A DNA stretch of 64,000 nt from Pseudoalteromonas luteoviolacea. GTDB lineage: Bacteria; Pseudomonadota; Gammaproteobacteria; Enterobacterales; Alteromonadaceae. Each line of letters opens with the position of its first letter. Positions within the stretch are counted from its first letter, which is position 1. Below are positions 1-9,724 of this stretch, one piece after another. Both the position numbers and the translations under genes were made by a program. The notes under the pieces are model-generated. The model was not told where the DNA came from. It did no database searches and worked only from the letters and a program-made list of their open reading frames with translations. The stretch covers positions 1,143,588 to 1,207,587 of the forward strand of contig NZ_CP015412.1 of assembly GCF_001750165.1 (NCBI RefSeq). Direction: 5' to 3'.

Positions 1-1370
1 ATCGGTGCATACACGGCTGCAAGGGTTAAGGTCATCGCAATGACGGGCACAAGGAGCTGTCTTGAGCTGATCAGCGCCGCTTGCAATCTGGGCTTGCCTT
101 CTCGCATGTGGCGGGCAACATTTTCAACGACCACGATGGCATCATCGACGACCAAACCAACCGAGAGCACGATGGCCAAAATCGTGAGTAGATTTAACGA
201 GAATCCCATGACTGAGATCACGGCAATCGCACCTAAAATAGAGATTGGAATGGTGATAAGTGGCACCATGGCGGTTCTGAATGAGCCCATCATGGCAACG
301 ACAACGATACCGACCAGCAGTACAGTCTCAGCAAGGGTGGTAAAGATCTCCTTGATTGAATCACGCATGTAGAGTGTACCGTCGTAGCCAATCGAGATTT
401 TCATGCCATCAGGTAAAATCTGGTTGATTTCGGCCAACTTTGCATAGAGCGCATCACCGATATTTATCTCATTGGCACCAGGTAGCGCCCAAACTGCTAA
501 GAATACCGTATCGTGATAATCTAAACGGGCGGTCACCATACCGGGGGCTTCGCCAATTTCAATATCGGCAATGTCGCCCAGTTTTAACTGTGCAGTGTCT
601 GTCTCTTTTACAACCAGCTGCTCAAAGTCAGCAACGCTTTTTAGACTGGTGTTGGCCATTAAGTCGATGCGTTGACGATTATTTTCGGTGTAACCAATAG
701 TCGCAATGGTATTGTTTGCTTGCAGTGCAGCAAACACATCACTGGCGCTGAGGTTATAAATGGCCAGTTTATCTGTGTCTAGCCAAACACGCATTGCTGG
801 GTTTCTACCGCCCTCTAGAGTGACTTTTTGTACCCCAGGAATATCTGACATAGACGGCACGACATTTCTGACCAGATAATCACTGACTTCGTTTCTTGGT
901 AAGCCTTGCGATTCAACGTCGAGATAAAATACCGCGTAGGGGCTATCAGCTCGTACGATTTGAATGGCTGGGTCTTCCGCGCCAGTTGGCAGCTCAAACT
1001 TAATTTGGTTAAGTCGTGTAGTCAGCTCTGCAAGGGCATCGGTTGTACTGTGATTCAAATCAAGCCAAGCGGTTACTTTGCTCAGCCCTGATGTGGTGAC
1101 TGAGTCAACATAGTCGACGCCAGGTACCGTCGATGCCACACGTTCTATAGGCTCGGTAACATAGCCTTTGACAACATCGGCCGCTGCACCTGTGTAGACG
1201 GTATTGATGACGAGCGAGGCACTTTCAATTTTTGGATATTGCTGAACGGAGATCTGCCGAGCGGCATTCACACCCGCTAAAATAATCAATAAGGACAGCA
1301 CAATTGCCAACACCGGACGGTTGACAAAAATATCCATGATTGACGGTTTGTTTTCGTGTAATGAGCTCAT
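1..1370 (-). CDS. RND multidrug efflux permease (AcrB/HAE1 family), N-terminal ~456 aa only; gene continues past window start
   Basis: Minus-strand frame from ATG at 1368-1370 reads MSSLHENKPSIMDIFVNRPVLAIVLSLLIILAGV..., an AcrB-like N-terminus (TM1 then large periplasmic loop). Start overlaps stop of upstream MFP gene (TAATG). No stop codon before the window edge. The plus-strand ORFs listed in this region are out-of-frame artefacts. Confidence 0.85.
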   Translation of the reverse strand, partial: MSSLHENKPSIMDIFVNRPVLAIVLSLLIILAGVNAARQISVQQYPKIESASLVINTVYTGAAADVVKGYVTEPIERVASTVPGVDYVDSVTTSGLSKVTAWLDLNHSTTDALAELTTRLNQIKFELPTGAEDPAIQIVRADSPYAVFYLDVESQGLPRNEVSDYLVRNVVPSMSDIPGVQKVTLEGGRNPAMRVWLDTDKLAIYNLSASDVFAALQANNTIATIGYTENNRQRIDLMANTSLKSVADFEQLVVKETDTAQLKLGDIADIEIGEAPGMVTARLDYHDTVFLAVWALPGANEINIGDALYAKLAEINQILPDGMKISIGYDGTLYMRDSIKEIFTTLAETVLLVGIVVVAMMGSFRTAMVPLITIPISILGAIAVISVMGFSLNLLTILAIVLSVGLVVDDAIVVVENVARHMREGKPRLQAALISSRQLLVPVIAMTLTLAAVYAP

Positions 1371-2482
1371 TACTGCACTCCGTTTTCACTTTGCGTTGAC
1401 GCCGTTTGCTCGGTAAAAACCAATAAGTTTTCTCTGAGTTTAAATGCCCCTTCGCTGGCAATAAATTCACCGCCAGTGAGCCCTGATAAGACAATTTGAT
1501 TGTCTTGAACTTTGTCACCTAACGTCACTTTAATGGGAGTTGCACGCCAGTTTTGCTCATCGTCTTTTTCTAACTTGTATACAAACTCACCAAAGTGACT
1601 ACGTGTAATTGCATTGGTGGGGACCATCACGGCGTTCACGGTTGTTGAAGGAATTTTCACCATGGCCATTTGGTTGTGATTAAATAACTTGTCTTTATTG
1701 GAGAGCAATGCACGATAGCTTTGCTGGCGTGAGTTCAAATCGATACTTGGCTTCTTTGCGATGATCTGTGCTTTATAGTCGCTTTGAACATTTTGGCTGT
1801 TATTTGAAAATGAGATGCTGACTTCACTGCCAATACTTGGCTGAGACAAGGTTTGTGGCACATGAAAATCGACCCAAATAGCGTTATCGTTGCCTACCAT
1901 GGTGGTAATTTGGCTATTCACATCTAAAAATTGGCCAATTTGATATTGATCGAACCCCGTCTGTCCAGCGAAGGGTGCACGAATGGTTTTTTTAGCGATC
2001 AGGGCTTGTAGGTTTTGTACTTCTGCTTCACCAATGCTGACGTCTGCTTCTGCCTTATCAACCTCATCAGGGCTAATTCTTTTTTGTTGAAGTAATTTGA
2101 CCACACGAGCATAGGTCGATTTAGCCAGTTTAACACGTGCTTTTGCCGCTTTTAGATTGGCTTCATCGATACTGGTATCGAGCTTAAGTAGGATTTGGTC
2201 GGAGGTAACTGTGTCACCGGGATTAAACCCCACATAGGTGATCTGTCCAGAGTACTCATTACTAATGGTCATATTTTGGCGAGCCTGTAACTGACCGACC
2301 ACATTGATATATGTAGTATGTTCAACAGCTTGGGCATACGTACTTTTGACAGAGGCTGATGGTTCAGGGAAAGATTCACCGAACGCAATCATTGCCTGTA
2401 TTTGGCTAAATTTAATAAAACCTAGACTGGCTATCACAACAAGGACAATAAAAATAGCTGCGAGCCAACGTTTAATATTCAT
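1370..2482 (-). CDS. RND efflux periplasmic adaptor / membrane fusion protein (HlyD/AcrA family)
   Basis: 370 aa. N-terminal TM/signal anchor, lipoyl/beta-barrel-like segments and coiled-coil hairpin typical of MFPs. Translationally coupled to downstream RND pump. Confidence 0.85.
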   Translation of the reverse strand: MNIKRWLAAIFIVLVVIASLGFIKFSQIQAMIAFGESFPEPSASVKSTYAQAVEHTTYINVVGQLQARQNMTISNEYSGQITYVGFNPGDTVTSDQILLKLDTSIDEANLKAAKARVKLAKSTYARVVKLLQQKRISPDEVDKAEADVSIGEAEVQNLQALIAKKTIRAPFAGQTGFDQYQIGQFLDVNSQITTMVGNDNAIWVDFHVPQTLSQPSIGSEVSISFSNNSQNVQSDYKAQIIAKKPSIDLNSRQQSYRALLSNKDKLFNHNQMAMVKIPSTTVNAVMVPTNAITRSHFGEFVYKLEKDDEQNWRATPIKVTLGDKVQDNQIVLSGLTGGEFIASEGAFKLRENLLVFTEQTASTQSENGVQ

Positions 2483-2500
2483 AATAACTCCGATGTGTGA

Positions 2501-3226
2501 TTAGCGCAGGTTAAGCGCAATGAGTTGTTGCTCGATTTTTTTGAGCGACGCGTTATTCAGCGGTTGCTTCCATGGGTAACTATTAAGTAGACGCACTGAA
2601 CTTCTGATAATTGGGTGGTTAAGTGGTAATGGTGCAAGCAATGAATCAGTTCCTTCTATGATTTGTTTTGTTTGTTGTACACGCTGCACTTGCTCGTAGC
2701 CGACAGTAAGCGCCCAGCCACTGATAATGATCTCTTCTATAACCTCAGCCAAGTTTGGCACAGCTTCGAGCTCGCCTGCATTAATACCTTCGGCGAGTGC
2801 TACTTTAAAAGATGATTCGCATCTAGACTGCGCTTCAATGATTTTACTGGTCCAGTAATTAGACCCTTTTTTAATAACAGCTTCATTGGTGGCATAGGTT
2901 TGTAATGCGTAATCAAACTCGAATAGTTGAAGTTTTTCAGGTGAGATTAGGCTAATAGCGATGATTTTTTCAGGCGCAGTGAGTTCAAGGGTCAGCACTT
3001 GGTTAAATACATTGGAGAGGTGAATAAAAGACTCGTTGGCAAGGGCCAATACGATATCTTCTTTACTTTGTACGAATTTATAGACAGACCCCATCGAAAG
3101 TCCGGCAATACGCGCAATTTTTGCCATGGTGAAGTCAGTAATTGATGATTCGTTGATACATTGCTCGGCGGCTGAAAGGATCATCTTTTGCTGAGTTTGT
3201 TGGTCATATTTTGGCGCTGGTGCCAT
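2501..3226 (-). CDS. TetR/AcrR family transcriptional regulator
   Basis: 241 aa. N-terminal HTH with the TetR signature (FTMAKIARIAGLSMGSVYKF). Sits immediately upstream of the MFP-RND genes on the same strand. Confidence 0.85.
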   Translation of the reverse strand: MAPAPKYDQQTQQKMILSAAEQCINESSITDFTMAKIARIAGLSMGSVYKFVQSKEDIVLALANESFIHLSNVFNQVLTLELTAPEKIIAISLISPEKLQLFEFDYALQTYATNEAVIKKGSNYWTSKIIEAQSRCESSFKVALAEGINAGELEAVPNLAEVIEEIIISGWALTVGYEQVQRVQQTKQIIEGTDSLLAPLPLNHPIIRSSVRLLNSYPWKQPLNNASLKKIEQQLIALNLR

Positions 3227-3260
3227 ACAAGTACCTCTAGATTAGCAGTTTTGATTTTTA

Positions 3261-3277
3261 TTCGAATGACATTCGAA
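3261..3277. promoter_or_regulatory. 17-bp perfect palindrome TTCGAATG-A-CATTCGAA, candidate TetR operator
   Basis: 8-bp inverted arms with a 1-bp spacer, 35 bp upstream of the TetR start codon in an otherwise AT-rich promoter region. Confidence 0.45.
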
Positions 3278-3449
3278 TGTGGTTATTCTATGCTTATAAT
3301 CTACTTTGTCAATCTAGGTTTTTATAAATATTTTTATCTAACTGTTTTACTGGGAATAAAAAATCATAATTTTAAGCTATGTACTTGATGATCTTTTTGA
3401 GAACGTTTAGTTTGAGGATGGTTTTTATGAAATAAAGGAGAAATGCAAA

Positions 3450-3593
3450 ATGAACTTGAAGAAAAAAAACCTCAAACAGCTAAGTGAAGATACGCACTTA
3501 AACCTTAAGCTAGCCGACTTGGTTGCTGGTGGTGCTAAGCCGCCAATTCGGCTGATGTGTACGACAACTTTAGATACAGAAATGAAGCGTTAA
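3450..3593 (+). CDS. small ORF (47 aa) with double-glycine-type leader motif; candidate secreted peptide/RiPP-like precursor
   Basis: AAGGAG Shine-Dalgarno at 3435-3440, 9 nt before the ATG. Translation is MNLKKKNLKQLSEDTHLNLKLADLVAGG|AKPPIRLMCTTTLDTEMKR. The LSxD..L..L..LV.GG pattern resembles GG-leader peptides and leaves a 19-aa Cys/Thr-containing core. Below the length cutoff of the ORF track. Confidence 0.3.
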   Translation: MNLKKKNLKQLSEDTHLNLKLADLVAGGAKPPIRLMCTTTLDTEMKR

Positions 3594-3855
3594 TTGATGC
3601 TTTAAGTGCGGTATAAAATCGCCTTTATCAGACGGTTATGTCAGATAACGTTATTCCAAAGCATGCTTTTGAGCAAGTAACTTGGCTAAGTATGCTTTTA
3701 AGGCCTAACCGCTTTTTATCATCCTCTTCACCCAACAACATAATTCATACGTATTTGCCAGCCGTGCCTGGTGCCTTGAGCGACTTTATCACTACTTTGA
3801 TTAAATATTTCAAACTGCCAATCGTATTAATAACAAAGAACAAAAGAGTTTAGGT

Positions 3856-4650
3856 ATGGCTGTAGGTAATTATCGAAAAACACAGGTCTTAAAAAGCGAA
3901 TATTTAACACCAAATATGAAGCGCATTGTTGTAACAGGAGCGGATTTAGCCAGTTTTCCAGAGGGGTTTGAAGCTGGATATGTAAAATTACTTTTTACTA
4001 AACAAGGCAGAGTGTTACGCGAAGATGAAGCCTTTGCGCAATTGGCAAATAACAACATCATGATGCGAACTTATACAGTACGCGCATTTGATAAGCAGGC
4101 TCAGCAATTGACGATAGACTTTGCACTGCATGAAAAAGAAGGCGCAATTGCACCTGCCTCTGACTGGGCTAAGGCGGCTCAGTTTGGTGATGAGATTATT
4201 GTTGGCGGGCCCGGTAAAACAATAGGTGTTGATCACAGTGCTGACTGGTTTTTATTGGTAGGAGATATGACCGCTCTGCCAGCCATCAGCTGTTATTTAG
4301 AGGACTTACCTGAGTGTGCTCATGGGTATGCGGTTATTGAAGTGACAAGCCCAGAAGATATTCAAGATTTAAATAAGCCCAGTGGCATTGAGGTTATCTG
4401 GCAGGTTAATACCACACCAGGTAAAAATAGTTCGTTGTTCGATGCCGTTAAAGACATTGACTGGCAGCAAGGTGGTGTATATGTGTGGTGTGCATGTGAA
4501 TTCGACATGATGAAGACCCTTCGCCGTTGGTTTAAAAAGGAAAAAGGGCTTGAAAAAGAGCAAATGTACGTCAGCAGCTACTGGAAATTAGATTGCACTG
4601 AAGAAGAACATAAAGCCGAAAAATTATCTGATTCAAACCTGCCAAATTGA
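3856..4650 (+). CDS. siderophore-interacting protein (SIP/ViuB-like FAD-binding ferric-siderophore reductase)
   Basis: 264 aa. N-terminal FAD-binding_9-like region (TPNMKRIVVTG...GYVKLLF) followed by a SIP-type NAD-binding domain. Confidence 0.7.
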   Translation: MAVGNYRKTQVLKSEYLTPNMKRIVVTGADLASFPEGFEAGYVKLLFTKQGRVLREDEAFAQLANNNIMMRTYTVRAFDKQAQQLTIDFALHEKEGAIAPASDWAKAAQFGDEIIVGGPGKTIGVDHSADWFLLVGDMTALPAISCYLEDLPECAHGYAVIEVTSPEDIQDLNKPSGIEVIWQVNTTPGKNSSLFDAVKDIDWQQGGVYVWCACEFDMMKTLRRWFKKEKGLEKEQMYVSSYWKLDCTEEEHKAEKLSDSNLPN

Positions 4651-5556
4651 CCACAATATGCTTTATTTTTGCGGGTCCATCTTTGTCATTGCTGATTTTA
4701 AAATGCGTCATTGTTTGTATGGACCCAGTTGAGACTGTCTAAACAGTACTCACTAAACTTTGTTGATAAATTAAGTCCCATCAGAAAATTTCAATTTATT
4801 CAATTGCATAGATTCATGCAGCGCTTAGTAAACAGGTTGCATATGATGTTGATTCACTAAATCGCCAAGTTGTTAAGTAGGTTGATGGACAGAAAACCGT
4901 CAGCACCGTTTCATGACCGATCAACTTGATCCTCCAAGACTTGTTGTTCGTTCCGCCAGCGGCGAAATCGCACAGCAACTTTGTAGAGACACCTTTGGTT
5001 GTAAATTTGGCGAATGTTTTTTCAAGTGAGTTGTTGTTTAGTTGAGTTTAAAAACTAAAGTTGTATGGGCTTTCCACTATGATGGAACGTTTGTTTATTT
5101 AAAGCATATCTAATGTTATCAATAATATAGAATTAAGCCCGGCGAATTTAATATACTTGCTTAGCTGATTTTACCTCAAGGCCATCAAATTAGCTCAAAC
5201 AGGATTTTGAAAGTAAACCGTTTTTATATAGATTAATTTTTATGATTTAGGCTTTAGTATTAAAGTTGATGAACTAAAACGATGTAAGATTTTTTAGAAA
5301 AACTTGAAGGGTGATTGTAAAATATAAACTCAATATGGATAATGTAACATGCATGCGAATAGTATGAAGGTTTAACCTCTTTTGGGTGCTGTGTTTAGAT
5401 TATTGATTTTAACCTTTTGGCTCTCTTATCGGTCAATGCTGAGTGTTGCGTTTTATTTTTTAGCTAGGACTTGATATTTGTTCTATTGTTGAACGTTCTA
5501 CGCCATTGAAAAATAGGCTTTTGAATAATTCAGTGTGTGAATTTACTAATATTTTT

Positions 5557-5588
5557 ATAAATTCATAAATTCATAAATTCATAATTTC
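5557..5588. repeat. tandem 8-bp repeat (ATAAATTC)x3 plus a degenerate 4th copy
   Basis: ataaattcataaattcataaattcataatttc read directly. Lies inside the ~1 kb AT-rich intergenic region 4651-5658. Confidence 0.8.
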
Positions 5589-5658
5589 TAATTTTATTAT
5601 TCATTTAATCTGATGGTTTTTTGACTGGGTTTGTTTTTTTATATATGTTGGTCAATGA

Positions 5659-5985
5659 ATGTTTAAGAAGAAAGAGGTAAGGATGCGAGTAATAATTTTT
5701 CTATCATTGATTTCAGCTAGTTTCTTATCAAGTGCTAGTGATATTTATTTTCGAGGCAGTAAGTGTAAAGCAGATAATAATGTCAAAGATGTTTATTTTC
5801 GTGACACCACAATATTTGATCAAAAGTTCCCAAAACATGAGGCGCTTGCTAGTTTAAAGCAGACACTACTAACAAAAGCTTATGACCAAATTTCAAGTGG
5901 CAAAAGTTATGTGATTCAGTCACTCAGGTTTAAGCAAGATGAAGAAAAATTGAGAGTGGGAAAATCACTAGAAGTGCTCAATTAA
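5659..5985 (+). CDS. hypothetical secreted protein (signal peptide)
   Basis: 108 aa. Hydrophobic N-terminal signal-like segment. No recognisable domain. Confidence 0.45.
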   Translation: MFKKKEVRMRVIIFLSLISASFLSSASDIYFRGSKCKADNNVKDVYFRDTTIFDQKFPKHEALASLKQTLLTKAYDQISSGKSYVIQSLRFKQDEEKLRVGKSLEVLN

Positions 5986-5993
5986 CAGGTTTT

Positions 5994-6971
5994 TTGCATC
6001 TGTCTGCTGTTACAGATTGTGAACATGGTCAAGTGATTAACAAAAATGAATATAATAAGCTTGGATTTGTTTATAATTATTCAAACATAGCACTCGAAAA
6101 ACGACAAGTGAGTACGGCGGTCTTAGACCAGCAAATAATGTCTACTATGCTAAATGAAAATAGTATTTATGGACTTGGTCTAGGGGAGTCTTATGATAAT
6201 GCACTTAAAGTAATTGGTCGGTTTAGCTTCGATTGGCAAGTTAATGATATTTGGCGACTAGTAACCGTAGGGCGTAATACCGCCTTATTTTTCAAACAAG
6301 ACATTTTAGTTGGGGCTCAGTATCACAGGCAATTGCTACCGAAGGTATGGAGTAACCTGATAGAATTGGCTGCATCAAAACCGTCTCTCAAGGTTGATGG
6401 AAATAGTCTTAACATAGTGAATCAAGCTATTTCCGCTTCTCACTTAGCCGTTTTAGAGCAGCAGTATAGTATGCTTGACTATGACACCTATAGAATTTCT
6501 GAAGATGAATCGGAACTGAGGATAGCTGGGTTAGTCATAGGCAAACTACCGACACAAGCAGATCTTATTGCTTCTTTACCATGCTACGATGAATATACGC
6601 CAGTTCAAGACTTTATAAATGAGTACAGCGATGGTTTACCTAAGCTCTATGGGCAAACTGGTAAAACAGGGTTTTTAACTGGGTGTGGTCAAATTATTCA
6701 GGTTAGGAATGATAATCGTTTCATATCACTGGTTTTAACTGAACAAGCTAACTTTACAAATGCATATTTAATTCACTCTCATAAATTTTCAGATCTATTT
6801 TCAGGTTGGGCTTTTTATGGTGTTGGTTATTTAGAACAAGTTAAACCTAACAATGGTTTTAAAATAATTAACGCTAAAGACGGAATATATGAAGTTCAAG
6901 CTGGTAAGTGGTTTGGGCACTTTACTACTGATGAAGGGCTCGCATACGAAGGTACTTTTCATTTCCAATAA
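5994..6971 (+). CDS. hypothetical protein
   Basis: 325-aa ORF starting 9 bp after the previous gene (TTG start as called; an internal ATG is possible). No recognisable motif. Confidence 0.45.
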   Translation: MHLSAVTDCEHGQVINKNEYNKLGFVYNYSNIALEKRQVSTAVLDQQIMSTMLNENSIYGLGLGESYDNALKVIGRFSFDWQVNDIWRLVTVGRNTALFFKQDILVGAQYHRQLLPKVWSNLIELAASKPSLKVDGNSLNIVNQAISASHLAVLEQQYSMLDYDTYRISEDESELRIAGLVIGKLPTQADLIASLPCYDEYTPVQDFINEYSDGLPKLYGQTGKTGFLTGCGQIIQVRNDNRFISLVLTEQANFTNAYLIHSHKFSDLFSGWAFYGVGYLEQVKPNNGFKIINAKDGIYEVQAGKWFGHFTTDEGLAYEGTFHFQ

Positions 6972-7219
6972 TGGAAACAAAGGCATGTTAAATTAAACAT
7001 AAAAAATAAGTTGTATTCGATCTTGGTTATAGAACTATCTCTATTTATGACCTATATCGAATATGCTTATATGTAAAATAATAAATGCGGATCTATAAGC
7101 TGGTTGTGTTTGTTTTATAAATAATTGGCTTTATTTTTAATGCTTTTTATATTTAATTAGCTTTGGGTAGAGTAAGCGTTTTCTACAAATAGCTTGTAGT
7201 GTGATTGTAGAGGGGGTTT

Positions 7220-8074
7220 GTGAAGTATATTTCATTGTTTTTATTATGTCTTTCTTTTAATAGCTATGCAATTATTATTCGGCATGACGTTGATGAACAG
7301 CGCTATTTAACAAAGCCGTCTAAATTCCCAGCTTTGGTCACATTCTATATTGATGGCGCACATGGCACATTGATTAGGCCAAACTGGATTCTCACCGCGG
7401 CACATACGACCTTTTGTTTACAGGCTGGTACTAAAGTTAAAACCACTCGGGGCAGCGCGGTTGTTAAGCGTTTACATGTACACCCTTCACATACCCCAGG
7501 CGTGAGTCACGATATCGCATTAATTGAGCTTGCTGAGCCTATTTTGCATGTAATATCTGCAAAGTTATACAAAGAAAAGAATGAAGCAGGACAAACAATC
7601 TGGTTTATCGGCATTGGTGGAACGGGCAATGGCTTAACCGGGATCACGATTGATAACTATGAAAACAAAGGGGTATTGAGAAAAGCCCAGAACCGAGTTG
7701 AACATGCAGAAGGGCCAATTTTAAAATTCAAATTTGATAAAGGAGAAAAAGCATTGCCTTTAGAAGGGATCTCCGGCGGTGGTGACAGCGGTGGTCCTGC
7801 ATATTTAAAGCAGGGAAATGATTATTACGTCATTGGCTTAAGCTCGCGCTATGGCGGTGGGCCTTTCGAAAAATATAACAGTATAGAGGTCTATTCTCGT
7901 GTTTCTTATTTTCTGCCATGGATAAATGGGGTAATGACTGATCCTGAAAACTCAGTGAAATCAGGTAAGAGCCTCAATAAGTTGAGGTATCTTCCCGGTG
8001 GTTTAAAACCATCTGATTTACCGAGCCTGTGTAAAGACATACTTTTTAGTGAAAAAGAGTTACGAGCGATTTAA
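7220..8074 (+). CDS. trypsin-like serine protease (peptidase S1 family), secreted
   Basis: 284 aa. Signal peptide. Catalytic His motif WILTAAHT and catalytic Ser motif GDSGGP are present. Confidence 0.8.
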   Translation: MKYISLFLLCLSFNSYAIIIRHDVDEQRYLTKPSKFPALVTFYIDGAHGTLIRPNWILTAAHTTFCLQAGTKVKTTRGSAVVKRLHVHPSHTPGVSHDIALIELAEPILHVISAKLYKEKNEAGQTIWFIGIGGTGNGLTGITIDNYENKGVLRKAQNRVEHAEGPILKFKFDKGEKALPLEGISGGGDSGGPAYLKQGNDYYVIGLSSRYGGGPFEKYNSIEVYSRVSYFLPWINGVMTDPENSVKSGKSLNKLRYLPGGLKPSDLPSLCKDILFSEKELRAI

Positions 8075-8090
8075 CCTTGTACCAAGATGC

Positions 8091-8110
8091 TGGCCTGCAT
8101 TTGCAGGCCA
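8091..8110. terminator. GC-rich hairpin (8-bp stem, 4-nt loop) between convergent genes; weak bidirectional terminator
   Basis: tggcctgc-attt-gcaggcca lies between the protease gene (+) and the 152-aa ORF (-). No strong T-tract on either side. Confidence 0.3.
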
Positions 8111-8116
8111 ACACAA

Positions 8117-8575
8117 TTACATGAGTTTCTGCAGGTTCATTTGTGGATGATTTTGCATTACTTTGTTGAGCGTGTCTTGTTGGCTATCATCAATTTCAAC
8201 ATGTAAAACTAGCGGGTGGTGCTCCCCTTGTGTTGAATCCTTACACATCATGTAATATCTGATTAAATCTGTACCAATCATACCGCTCACCCAAAGACTG
8301 AACATCCCTAAGATAACCGTGCCTATTATCGCGGCTGTCGGTGGGATCAGCACCCATGTGACAGCACAATATGCCGTGGTGATGATAGTAAACAGAACCA
8401 CCAACTCTGATTTCATAAGTTGGACTAAATGATTTGTTAAGCAATCATGCAGAGGGTGGGATTTGTCGTCGCAAATTGCACTGACATCTTCATTATCAAC
8501 ATGCAGAGCTTCTAGCTCGTCTTGGGTATCACGAAATGCTTCGTAGTCGTGCCCTTTAATAACATAGTGGCTCAT
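8117..8575 (-). CDS. hypothetical membrane protein
   Basis: 152 aa. Acidic N-terminus followed by two predicted TM helices. Confidence 0.4.
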   Translation of the reverse strand: MSHYVIKGHDYEAFRDTQDELEALHVDNEDVSAICDDKSHPLHDCLTNHLVQLMKSELVVLFTIITTAYCAVTWVLIPPTAAIIGTVILGMFSLWVSGMIGTDLIRYYMMCKDSTQGEHHPLVLHVEIDDSQQDTLNKVMQNHPQMNLQKLM

Positions 8576-8824
8576 ACAACCTCCTATCTAGGTTTCTTGG
8601 TGATACGTGTGTATTACGAGATAGGTTTACTTTTGTATCATTATTAAGCGTTAGCTTTTGCTTTTTCGCTTTGCTTTGGATTTTTTGATACTGCAGGAGA
8701 ACTATATATGAATTTATAGATGAATATTTTTTTATGTAATGCTTAGAGATATGCATGGCATTAACGCCATGCTTATTATTTGATGTTAGGAGAGTGCGCA
8801 ATATCACTCCCTCGTCATTACATG

Positions 8825-9598
8825 TTAAGTAGATAGCTTAACTAACTTGGCTATTTCACTAAGTTGCGATATCAATGTCTCTTGGCTAACTATATTGCAT
8901 GTTCGCTTTAAGGTAATTAAATCGCCAACAACAAAAGCAGCTTTGGCCGCTTCTAACATTGCAATATCATTTTGATCATTCCCCATGCAGATAGTCTTGT
9001 TCATATCTAAACCCATCCGCAATAACGCATTGAGCTTATTGCTATTTTTTGGGACTACATCAAAGCTATTGTAGCCGTTATGATGGTAAACATCGAAATC
9101 ATCCAATACTGTCTTGAGAAACGCTTTGACCTCTTCATGTCGGTGTTCTTCAAGTACCAATAGTTTAACAATTGGTTGTAGTCTGAGAGCTTGGTTACAA
9201 GCAGGTTCTCGGCCTAATTTCTTAACTTCTTGGTGAAAGTGATGAGAGGTGTGTGAAATGGCGTACTCTTCAATGCCATCATAAAGGTAGGCAATTTCCT
9301 CCTTGTCTAGCCACTCCAGAACCTGAATAATTTGTGGCCTACTAAAGTGTAACGCATCAGTCACTGCTTTGTTTTTACTGATCATTGCACCATTACAACC
9401 AATGATGTTGTGGTCCCAAAAGTATTCAGCAAGGACAGGAAGCGTATCTCTGAGAGGCCGCGCTGTTGCGAAGTAAATTGTTGCGCCTTGTTGTTCAATC
9501 GTTTGAATTGCGTTTGATACTGCTTCTTGCATAGGTTGGCCTTGAAAAATTAATGTACCATCAAGGTCGAATACAACATTCATTACTTTACATCCCAT
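8825..9598 (-). CDS. HAD-superfamily hydrolase, Cof-type (subfamily IIB) phosphatase
   Basis: 257 aa. N-terminal motif I VVFDLDGTL and C-terminal GND(xN)D motif (MGNDQNDIAML). Confidence 0.75.
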   Translation of the reverse strand: MGCKVMNVVFDLDGTLIFQGQPMQEAVSNAIQTIEQQGATIYFATARPLRDTLPVLAEYFWDHNIIGCNGAMISKNKAVTDALHFSRPQIIQVLEWLDKEEIAYLYDGIEEYAISHTSHHFHQEVKKLGREPACNQALRLQPIVKLLVLEEHRHEEVKAFLKTVLDDFDVYHHNGYNSFDVVPKNSNKLNALLRMGLDMNKTICMGNDQNDIAMLEAAKAAFVVGDLITLKRTCNIVSQETLISQLSEIAKLVKLST

Positions 9599-9724
9599 TA
9601 TTTAAGTTGCGTTTACTTTGCCAAAAATGCACACTTCAGTTTTAGCTATTAGCTCAATTTTTTAAGGTTTAAGGTCATAAATAAAATAAAACCGGTTCCG
9701 ATTCGTTTCAGTGTCAATGAGTCT

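Noticed and set aside
40-1091. Plus-strand ORFs 40..372, 440..700, 906..1091 and minus 815..997
   Set aside because: They fall inside the minus-strand AcrB-like RND pump gene, which gives a long, clearly homologous translation. They are spurious.
4672-4734. Inverted repeat gggtccat ... atggaccc after the SIP gene as a terminator
   Set aside because: The arms are separated by about 47 nt and lack a following T-tract, so this is not a convincing intrinsic terminator.
8241-8807. ORFs 8241..8444 (-) and 8556..8807 (-)
   Set aside because: These overlap or abut the 152-aa membrane-protein ORF in other frames. They have no RBS or recognisable features and are likely noise.
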